Below are positions 9,321 to 16,615 of a DNA stretch of 64,000 nt, piece after piece. The position numbers and the translations under genes were made by a program. Source of the DNA: Ornithinimicrobium sp. (GTDB lineage: Bacteria > Actinomycetota > Actinomycetes > Actinomycetales > Dermatophilaceae); contig NZ_JBPCKQ010000114.1 of assembly GCF_051004135.1 (NCBI RefSeq), positions 6,636 to 70,635 of the forward strand. The letters run 5' to 3'. Numbering within the stretch: position 1 is the stretch's first letter; every line of letters starts with the position of its first letter. The notes beneath the pieces were generated by a model. That model made no database searches. It was not told the origin of the DNA and saw nothing but the letters and a program-made list of their open reading frames with translations.

Positions 9321-9800
9321 TCACCGGTCGACGCGCAACGGTCTGCCGTCCCGGCCGTGGCCGTCGGCCACGATTTCGGCGACGACCGACAGCGCGATCT
9401 CGCCCGGCGCACTGCCACCTGTGTTGAGCCCGGCCGGGACGTGCAGTTTGGCCAGACCGGGGACGGCCTGCGCCGCCAATTGCGCCAGCAGTCCCTCGGC
9501 GCGTCCTCGACTGGCCAGCATCGCCACGTAGGCCGCCTTGGAGGCGAGCGCGAACCGCAGGACCGGCAGGGCGTCGGGAGCGTCGTGATCACAGATCACG
9601 ACGGCATCCCCGGCGCCAAGGGGCAGGTCCGTGATCTCGGTGAGTCCGCGACCGTCCACATCGGCCTCGATGAGCACCACCTGGCGGCCGGTCGTCCGCG
9701 CGATCGAGGTGATGGCCTGTGAGATCGGGTTGCGGGTCAACAGCACCACCCGACCGCTCATCCTGGCCTCGTCCGCCCAGGGCTGCTCGCGCTGTGTCAT
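9321..9800 (-). CDS. Stand-alone XdhC/CoxI C-terminal Rossmann-domain protein
   Basis: AVVICDHD, AAYVAMLASR, HVPAGLNTGGSAPGEIALSVVAEI. Confidence 0.8.
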   Translation of the reverse strand: MTQREQPWADEARMSGRVVLLTRNPISQAITSIARTTGRQVVLIEADVDGRGLTEITDLPLGAGDAVVICDHDAPDALPVLRFALASKAAYVAMLASRGRAEGLLAQLAAQAVPGLAKLHVPAGLNTGGSAPGEIALSVVAEIVADGHGRDGRPLRVDR

Positions 9801-9920
9801 GCGTCCAGCCTGTCATGCAGCATGCCGGCCCCGGAGCGGTCGCCGGAAGCCGTTGCGGTGGAGCGGCTCCTGCCGTGACGTCATACTCGAGATTCCTCGG
9901 ACCAGCACGGAGGTGAGGTC

Positions 9921-10136
9921 ATGACCGACAGCACGTCGCAGAGTTCTGCCCGCGGGCGCCCGCCCGACGTCGAGCAGGGGATGCGTGCGGTGCAACAGGC
10001 CGCCGAGCGAGCTGCCGAGGCTGCCGAGCGCGGCGAGGGGGAGGAGTCCGACCGCGAGATCGCGGCCCTTCGTCATGCGCTGGCACTCGCACTGGACACG
10101 TTGGGAGTGCCGCCGCCTCGCTCGGACTACCCCTGA
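9921..10136 (+). CDS. Hypothetical protein, 71 aa
   Basis: RBS GGAGGTG upstream, GC-type codon usage, helical charged sequence; no family recognised. Confidence 0.6.
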   Translation: MTDSTSQSSARGRPPDVEQGMRAVQQAAERAAEAAERGEGEESDREIAALRHALALALDTLGVPPPRSDYP

Positions 10137-10172
10137 GCAGCCGTCCTCGGGACCGGTGACCCGGCACCGGGG

Positions 10173-11190
10173 TCAGATAATGCCGAAGGCGATCAGCAGC
10201 GAGCGGACTCCGAGACCGATCGCGACCAGGGCGACCAGACCGCCGACGACGTTGGCGCCGGTGCTGTTGACGTGCTTGCCCAGCAGGACGCTGCGGTTCA
10301 TCACGACCAGCAGGAAGACCGCGATGATCGGCAGGATCAGCCCGTTGGCGGCCTGCGCGAAGACGATCAGCTCGGTGGGGCTGGAGCCGATGATCGCGAA
10401 GGTCACCCCGACGAGCACGATGACACCCCAGATGGCCTTGAACTTGGGGTCGGAGAGGTCGCGGCGCCAGCCGAAGGCGCCGGCGGTCGCGTAGGCGGCG
10501 GCCAGCGGCGCGGTGATCGAGCTGGTGACGCCCGCCGCCAGGAGTCCGAAGGCGAAGAAGTACTTGGCCGCCGGGCCGAGCAGCGGCTCGAGCTGGGTCG
10601 CCATGTCGGCGGCGCTCTCGACCCCCGGCCGGTCCCGAACAGCGCGGCTGCTGCCGTGGTCAGGATGGCCAGGATGGCCAGGCCGCCGAGGCCGATCGAC
10701 AGGCGTGTGTCCAGCCTGGCCTCCTTGACCGCCTGATCGGTGGGCACGTCCTCGGACCACTTGTCCTGCACCGAGCGGGCGTGCAAAAACAGGTTGTATG
10801 GCACTACGGTCGTACCGATGAGCGCCATGATCGTCAGGACGGACCCGGACGGGGCGCGGGGGATGAACCCGGCGAACAGATCGCCCAGGTCGGGCGTGAC
10901 CATGGCGGCGGTCACCAGGAAGACGATCCCCATGGAGACCACCAGCCAGACCAGCACCCGCTCGACGACGCGATAGCTGCCGGTGGCCAGCAGCCCGGCT
11001 GCCAGCACGGCCACGATGGCGGCCCACACCGCGGTGCTGCCCCGAAGACGGCGTCGAGGGCCAGCGAGACGCCGATCAGGTTGCCACCCTCGAAAGCTGC
11101 CGTGCCGATGGTGATCGCGGCCACGACCAGGGCGATCGCGCCGAACTTGAACACCGGGTTGGTGAACGTCGTGCGCACGACTCCGGCCAT
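10173..11190 (-). pseudogene. NRAMP-family divalent metal transporter, 5'-truncated with two frameshifts
   Basis: Three frames give ITIGTAAFEGGNLIG, LIGTTVVPYNLFLHA and GLLAAGVTSSITAPLAAAY; -1 slips in G runs near 11040 and 10624; the N-terminal GPG/TM1-2 region is absent. Confidence 0.85.
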
Positions 11191-11244
11191 CCCGCCTGCT
11201 CGGATCCCGCCTGATCAACTCCATACGAACACGCTAGACGCGAC

Positions 11245-11687
11245 CAGAACATCGCCATCGATCGCGACGAGATCACCGTCGTCCTCGTCCTGCCCGACAT
11301 CGAGCTCGCCGACGGCACCGGTGACGCCGAGGCCGAGCCACCCGAGCCGGCCGCGCCACCGCCTTCCGGGAGGAGACCCGGGACGCCAGGATGACGATCG
11401 CCCGGGAGGCGGAGCGGCGGTTCGGCCGCAAGATCTCCTGGGGCGTCGTCCTGGGCGAGCACCGCGCGCTGTTCACCCACCTCGCCGCCCCGGTGATGAC
11501 CCGGCTGAGGCGGCCGCAGCGCAGGGTGCTGGACACCTTGATCGAGTCCGGCGTCGCCCGATCGCGCTCCGAGGCCCTGGCGTGGTGCGTGCGCCTGGTG
11601 GAGCAGCACGAGGACGAGTGGCTGTCCGAGCTGCGCGAGGCGATGGCCCACGTCGCGGGGGTCCGCGAGCGAGGTCCCGCCGCCTGA
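11245..11687 (+). pseudogene. Conserved actinobacterial hypothetical protein, 5'-truncated and frameshifted
   Basis: IAIDRDEITVV..., frameshift near 11338, then AFREETRDARMTIAREAERRFGRKISWGV...LFTHLAAPVMTRLRRPQRRVLDTLIESGVARSRSEALAWCVRLV; no start codon or RBS. Confidence 0.7.
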
Positions 11688-11770
11688 GCGCCGACGCCCG
11701 GTGACGCCTCAACCGCCGCACGACGAGGCATTTGATCACCCGGCTGGGAAGGACCGCTGCCTCGCGGCGC

Positions 11771-11893
11771 TCAGCGCAGCACGACGTTGAGCAGCACGGT
11801 CAGCGCGATGGACAGCATGAGCGAGACCAGGATCATCATCAGGCATCCGGGTGCTCTGCCCAGCACCCGCACCTCTGTATTGCCGATCCGCAT
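11771..11893 (-). CDS. Small single-pass membrane protein, 40 aa (below the ORF-track cutoff)
   Basis: MRIGNTEVRVLGRAPGCLMMILVSLMLSIALTVLLNVVLR*, clean GC3 codon usage. Confidence 0.7.
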   Translation of the reverse strand: MRIGNTEVRVLGRAPGCLMMILVSLMLSIALTVLLNVVLR

Positions 11894-11956
11894 AGGTCCA
11901 GTCTGCGGTCGCGGTGTGACGGCTGCACACCGAGCCGGTCGAGTGGAGCGCTCGGA

Positions 11957-12470
11957 TCAGCGCAGCGGGTCGAAGGGACGCAGGGCGCTGGGCGACTGCC
12001 CGGTGGTCATCGCCTCGGCCAGCAGTCGCCCGGTCGCGGGCCCCAGGGTGATGCCCCATATGCCGTGACCGCCCGCAGCGAACACCCGCGGCGAGCGGGT
12101 GGCGCCGATCAGCGGCAGGCCGTCCGTGGTGACCGGGCGGGAGCCGACCCACTCCTCGCGTCGCGAGTCCAGGTCGGCACCCGCGAGCAGCGGGCGAGCC
12201 GCGTCGGCGTCAGCCGCGATCCGCCGGGAGTCCAGACCGGCCTCGGGGCGGGCGAACTCCATCATCCCGGCCACGCGCAGGCCGTCCCCGAGTGGTGTGC
12301 AGGCGACCCGTGCCGCGGGCAGGTAGACCGGTCCGCTGGGCACTCGATCCACGTTGACGGTGAAGCTGTAGCCGCGGCCCGCCTGCACCAGTCGCCGGAG
12401 GCCGAACGGCCGGGCCAGCCGCCCCAACCAGGCGCCGGTGGCGAGCACCACCGCGTCGAAGTCGTCGACA
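11957..12470 (-). pseudogene. C-terminal fragment of an FAD-dependent D-amino-acid dehydrogenase/oxidase
   Basis: DAVVLATGAW, AGRGYSF, LRVAGMMEF, WVGSRPVTTDGLPLIG, GGHG.WGITLGP; N-terminal GxGxxG half missing. Confidence 0.85.
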
Positions 12471-12761
12471 CTGCCCTGCGCGGTGCACGGACTGGGTGCG
12501 CAGCCGGTGCTGGGGCCGCTGGCCGGGTTGCGCGAGCACGACGAGCGCACCGGCACGGCATACCTGCAGACGCTGGCCGCCTGGCTGGACCACCCGGGCG
12601 AGCCGGGTATGGACGCCCGGGCCCTCCACGTCCACCCCAACACCGTGCGCTACCGGATGCAGCGGATGGCCGAGCTGGTCGAGCTGGCCCTCGCCGACCC
12701 GGAGGTCCGGCTCGCCCTGCAGCTGCAGCTGCGCGCGCTCGGTATGCCCTCGCCTGGCTGA
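12471..12761 (+). pseudogene. C-terminal HTH fragment of a PucR-family regulator
   Basis: LREHDERTGTAYLQTLAAWLDHPG...ARALHVHPNTVRYRMQR...RLALQLQL; no N-terminal domains. Confidence 0.85.
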
Positions 12762-12765
12762 TCGG

Positions 12766-13259
12766 TCAGGCCGGCGGTTGGTCCGCCCACAGGTCGGGGC
12801 CGAAGACCTCGTAGCGGATCCGGTCGGCCGGGACGCCGCGCTGCAGCAGGCTGGAGCGCACCAGGCGCATGAAGGGCAGCGGTCCGCTGGTGTTGGCCTG
12901 CACTCCCTCGGGCAGCGGCACCTGGCCGAGGTCCATCCACCCCTCCCGTGCGTGCTCCAGCGCGCCCTCGACGTCCTCGTACCATGTGTAGGTCGTGAAG
13001 TCGTCGATCTGCAACCGGGTGCCGGAGGAAGCCGGCTCCAGCACCAAGGAGATGATGTCGTGTGCCGCGTCGAGGCGCCGGACGACGCGGGGTCGATCAG
13101 CTGGACGGCGTAGGCGAGCACGGAGGCGGCCAGGGCCTTGCTCTGCTCCCCGGTGGCCTGTTCTGCGTGCTCGGCGACGACACCGGCCGTGGCGCGGACC
13201 ACGGCCTCGGAGGGAGGGGACAGCAGTGACTGCGTTGGCCCGGCTGAGGTCACAGACAT
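12766..13259 (-). pseudogene. hmp: Flavohemoglobin remnant with about three internal deletions
   Basis: Globin start EAVVRATAGVVAEHAEQ|ATGEQSKALAASVLAYAVQLIDP, then VVRRLDAAHDIISLVLEP, then NAD-domain end GPLPFMRLVRSSLLQRGVPADRIRYEVFGPDLW. Confidence 0.8.
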
Positions 13260-13344
13260 GGCTGGTCCCTCTCGACGACGATCGGTCACCCCACCGAAGG
13301 CCTATGACGTGCCGTAGCAGTCGGGGTGCTCGATCCGGGTCGCA

Positions 13345-13372
13345 CAATCCAACGCCGACCCTGAACCGTACT
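13345..13372 (+). promoter_or_regulatory. SigK-like ECF promoter, probably autoregulatory
   Basis: CAATCC-N15-CCGTA(CT); ATG at 13380 lies 9 nt after the -10 element. Confidence 0.7.
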
Positions 13373-13379
13373 GATGGAC

Positions 13380-13955
13380 ATGGTTGTCGTGTCGCGAGCT
13401 GACCGGGCGCAGGACGCCGCCCTGCTGGCTGGGCTGGGACTCGACGACCCGGACGTCTCTGCGGCATTCGTGCGACGGTTCCAGGGTGCCGTCTACGGTA
13501 TGGCGGTGGCCATCACGCGGGACTCCGGTATGGCCGAGGACGTCAGCCAGGAGGTGTTCGTGCGGGCCTGGCGGGCGGCCGGCTGCTATGACGTCCGCCG
13601 CGCCTCGGTGCTGACCTGGCTGCTGGTGATCACCCGCAACACGGCCATCGACGCCGTGCGCGCCCGGCGGAGCACGCCGACTGATGACGAGCTGCTGGGC
13701 CACCTGCTCAGCGAGACGATGCGGTCGCCCGATCTGGAGGAGCACGCCCTGCACCGCCTGGAGACCGAGCACGCGGTCCGTCGGCTGCACACGATCGCCC
13801 CCGAACAGGCCCGCGCGGTGGTGCTGGCTGTGCTCGGTGGATGCACCGCGGCGCAGGTGGGAGAGCGCGAGGGGATTCCGCTGGGGACCGCCAAGACCCG
13901 GATCCGCGCCGGCCTGCGCCGGATGCGGCAGGCCGTGGAGGTCGAGCATGACTGA
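13380..13955 (+). CDS. ECF RNA polymerase sigma factor, SigK-like
   Basis: AEDVSQEVFVRAWR, SVLTWLLVITRNTAIDAVR, region 4 GIPLGTAKTRIRAGL; alternative start 13374. Confidence 0.92.
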   Translation: MVVVSRADRAQDAALLAGLGLDDPDVSAAFVRRFQGAVYGMAVAITRDSGMAEDVSQEVFVRAWRAAGCYDVRRASVLTWLLVITRNTAIDAVRARRSTPTDDELLGHLLSETMRSPDLEEHALHRLETEHAVRRLHTIAPEQARAVVLAVLGGCTAAQVGEREGIPLGTAKTRIRAGLRRMRQAVEVEHD

Positions 13956-14613
13956 GCCCCAGTCGCATCCTGAGGAGGACCGGATCCTGCAGCTGGCCCT
14001 GGGCGAGGTCACTGGGCCGGACCGGGACGAGCTCACCGTGCACCTGGCCGCCTGCCCCCCGTGCCGCAAGGACTACGACGAGCTGGCCACGGCGATCGAG
14101 CAGACCCTGGCTGCTGTGCCCCGGCTCGCCCCGCCCGCCGGCTTCGAGGACAGGGTCCTCGGCGCTCTGTATACGGGGTCGTCCTCGCCCGGCCGCAGGA
14201 GGCTGCGGTGGCGGGCCGCGCTACCGGCTGTTGCCGCGGCGGTGATCGGGCTGTTGGCCGGCGTCGGGCTCACCCTCAGGCTCACCGGGGACGAGCCGCC
14301 CCGGAGCGACCAGGTGGTCGTCGCGACCGGAGCCGCCGCGCTCACCACCCCCGCCGGTGTCGACGTGGGCAGCGTCTCCCGCAGCCTGGATCGGGGCACG
14401 CCGGTGCTCGTGGTCGAGGTCAGTGACGGACCGGCGGGCAACCGCTATCTGTGCCGCCTCGTGCTGAGCGACGGGAGCACCCGGGACGTCGGTGAGTGGG
14501 AGCTGGACCCGCAGCGAGCGAACAGCTGGGTGGTGCCCTCGCCCGACCCGGGCGTGCAGGGCGTGCAGCTGATCGGCGAGTCCGGCGCGGTGTGGTCCTC
14601 GGCCGACCTGTGA
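13948..14613 (+). CDS. Membrane anti-sigma factor with zinc-finger (ZAS) domain
   Basis: HLAACPPC (HxxxCxxC), one TM helix, extracytoplasmic domain with a single Cys; overlaps the sigma stop codon. Confidence 0.88.
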   Translation: MTEPQSHPEEDRILQLALGEVTGPDRDELTVHLAACPPCRKDYDELATAIEQTLAAVPRLAPPAGFEDRVLGALYTGSSSPGRRRLRWRAALPAVAAAVIGLLAGVGLTLRLTGDEPPRSDQVVVATGAAALTTPAGVDVGSVSRSLDRGTPVLVVEVSDGPAGNRYLCRLVLSDGSTRDVGEWELDPQRANSWVVPSPDPGVQGVQLIGESGAVWSSADL

Positions 14614-14621
14614 GCCTCCTG

Positions 14622-14649
14622 CAATCCCGATGGGCCGTGCCGACGTACT
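14622..14649 (+). promoter_or_regulatory. Second SigK-like promoter, upstream of the cupredoxin gene
   Basis: CAATCC-N15-ACGTA(CT); ATG at 14657 lies 9 nt after the -10 element. Confidence 0.7.
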
Positions 14650-14656
14650 ACTAGGC

Positions 14657-15220
14657 ATGAACCTGACCCATCGCTCCCGCTTCGCTCGGTCGACACCCGC
14701 TCTGCGCATGCGCGGTCCGGCTGCTGTCCTGGCCGCCGTGCTCCTCGTCGCCGGCTGCGGGGGCGAGGCGCAGGAGGATTCCGCCGCGGAGCCTGCCGAG
14801 CCTGCCGCGACCTCTGCCGAGTCCGAGCCATCGGCCAGCGCGTCAGAGTCAGCCAGCGAGTCCGAGTCGCCCGAGGCCGCCGAGTCCGAGTCGCCCGAGG
14901 CCGCCGAGTCCGAGTCCGAGTCCGAGTCGGAGTCCTCCGAGACGGCCACCGATGACACCGAGGCCGCGGCGGCGGAGATGGTCATCACGATCGTCGACTT
15001 CACCTTCGAGGTGCCCGAGACCATTGCCCCAGGGGCTGAGATCACCGTGGTCAACCAGGACGGCGTCGGACACACCGTCACCTCCGACGAGGAGGGCATC
15101 TTCGACGTCCCCGTCGGTCCGGGTGAGGAGGTCACCTTCACCGTGCCCGACGAGGCCGGGGAGTTCCCCTTCCACTGCACGCCGCACCCCAACATGACGA
15201 GCACGCTGGTCATCGGATGA
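14657..15220 (+). CDS. Cupredoxin (type 1 copper) lipoprotein with acidic low-complexity stalk
   Basis: Lipobox LVAGC; ligands GH(TV)...FHCTPHPNM. Confidence 0.88.
   Translation: MNLTHRSRFARSTPALRMRGPAAVLAAVLLVAGCGGEAQEDSAAEPAEPAATSAESEPSASASESASESESPEAAESESPEAAESESESESESSETATDDTEAAAAEMVITIVDFTFEVPETIAPGAEITVVNQDGVGHTVTSDEEGIFDVPVGPGEEVTFTVPDEAGEFPFHCTPHPNMTSTLVIG
14857..14940 (+). repeat. Coding tandem repeat (GCCGAGTCCGAGTCGCCCGAGGCC x2 plus GAGTCC units) encoding a Ser/Glu/Ala linker
   Basis: Directly visible; translates as ESESPEAAESESPEAAESESESES. Confidence 0.8.
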
Positions 15221-15648
15221 GGGCGCTCGAGCTCCCGGTGCGGTTGGCCGTGGCGGCCGCGCTGACCATCGACGCCGTGGTCCACCTGCGGCTGGCGTCC
15301 AACTACCAGCTGGCCGCGCCCGGCGGCATCGGCGGTGGCAACCTGTTCCGCGTCCAGGCGGTGGCTGCCATCCTGATCGGGATCTACCTGCTGGTCCGGC
15401 CGAGCCGGCTCGCCTACGCAGTCGCAGCACTCGTGCTGCTGTCGGCGTTCTTCGCGGTGCTGCTCTACCGGTATGTCGAGGTGCCCTCGATCGGTCCGAT
15501 CCCGTCGATGTACGAGCCGATATGGTATGCCGAGAAGGCCGTCAGCGCGGTTGCCGAAGGCTTCGGGGCGCTCCTCGCAATAGTGGGTGTGGCGCTGAGT
15601 GGGCGCACCGCGCGCGAGCGCAACACCGAGACATCATCAGCGCGCTGA
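15217..15648 (+). CDS. Membrane protein with about 4 TM helices, coupled to the cupredoxin gene
   Basis: ATGA overlap; DAVVHL, GNLFRVQA, MYEPIWYAEK motifs of a conserved actinobacterial family. Confidence 0.8.
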   Translation: MRALELPVRLAVAAALTIDAVVHLRLASNYQLAAPGGIGGGNLFRVQAVAAILIGIYLLVRPSRLAYAVAALVLLSAFFAVLLYRYVEVPSIGPIPSMYEPIWYAEKAVSAVAEGFGALLAIVGVALSGRTARERNTETSSAR

Positions 15649-15693
15649 TCGTCGCTGCGGCTGCAGGACCATCCTTGCCGAGATAGTGTGATT

Positions 15694-15709
15694 ATCGAAA
15701 TATCTCGAT
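15694..15709. promoter_or_regulatory. Near-palindromic operator candidate
   Basis: ATCGAAATATCTCGAT, 14/16 symmetric, AT-rich, 20 nt upstream of GTG 15729. Confidence 0.45.
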
Positions 15710-15728
15710 GATCCATCCAAGGAGTCCT

Positions 15729-16109
15729 GTGTCCGGCACCGACCGTAGCCAACGCTTCGCCGACGCCCTCCAATCCCTGGAGTCAGGTGACCAGGAGGAC
15801 CTGCTCGCCCAGTTTGCCGACGGTGCCGAGCTCAGGCGACCGGAGCGCAAGCACGGCCCGGGCGTCTCCGCAGACGCGTCCACCTTCTGGCAGCAGTACC
15901 TGGCGGAGTTCGAGCAGATCGAGACGACCTTCGACCGGATCGTGGAGCAAGGGGATGAAGCAGTGCTGGAGTGGCACTCCACCGGGCAGCTCGCGGCGGG
16001 GCGGGACATCGACTACGCGGGAGTATCGCTGCTCACCTTCGAGGGCGACGCGGTCAGCCGGTTCGCGACCTACTACGACACCGCAGCGTTCATCGACCCG
16101 GTCGAGTAG
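15729..16109 (+). CDS. SnoaL/NTF2-like domain protein
   Basis: RBS AAGGAG then GTG; FWQQYLAEF, AVLEWHSTG, YAGVSLLTF, FATYYDTAAF. Confidence 0.8.
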   Translation: MSGTDRSQRFADALQSLESGDQEDLLAQFADGAELRRPERKHGPGVSADASTFWQQYLAEFEQIETTFDRIVEQGDEAVLEWHSTGQLAAGRDIDYAGVSLLTFEGDAVSRFATYYDTAAFIDPVE

Positions 16110-16168
16110 CTGCCGGTCGGTTTGGCGGCCGTCCGGAAGCGGGGGAGCCGGCACGGTGTTGCACCCTC

Positions 16169-16606
16169 ATGAGTGCAGCGCAGATCCCCGGCAAGTACCT
16201 CGACTTCTTGGCCGAGCGCCGCAAGGGTGTGCTGATCACGCTCAAGCGAGACGGCCGCCCGCAGACGTCCAACGTGCTCTACCACTTCGACCCGTCCACC
16301 GGGCAGGCACGGGTCTCGGTGACGGCCGACCGGGCCAAGACCCGCAACGCGGTCCGCGACCCCCGGGTAGGGCTGCACGTCAACAGTGACGACTTCTGGA
16401 GCTACACGGTGCTCGAGGGCACCGCACGGGTCGGTGCCGCCGCCCGCGACCCGCACGACGCGGCGGCCGACGACCTGGTCGCGCTCTACCGGCACCTGGC
16501 CGGCGAGCACGACCACTGGGCGAAGTTCCGCGAGGTCCAGGTCTTGGAGCAGCGGCTGGTCCTCACGATCGAGGCCGAGCGGGCCTACGGCATGGTTCTT
16601 GGTTGA
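16169..16606 (+). CDS. PPOX-class F420-dependent oxidoreductase
   Basis: GVLITLKRDGRPQTSNV, RAKTRNAVRDPRV. Confidence 0.88.
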   Translation: MSAAQIPGKYLDFLAERRKGVLITLKRDGRPQTSNVLYHFDPSTGQARVSVTADRAKTRNAVRDPRVGLHVNSDDFWSYTVLEGTARVGAAARDPHDAAADDLVALYRHLAGEHDHWAKFREVQVLEQRLVLTIEAERAYGMVLG

Positions 16607-16615
16607 GGGCGACCC

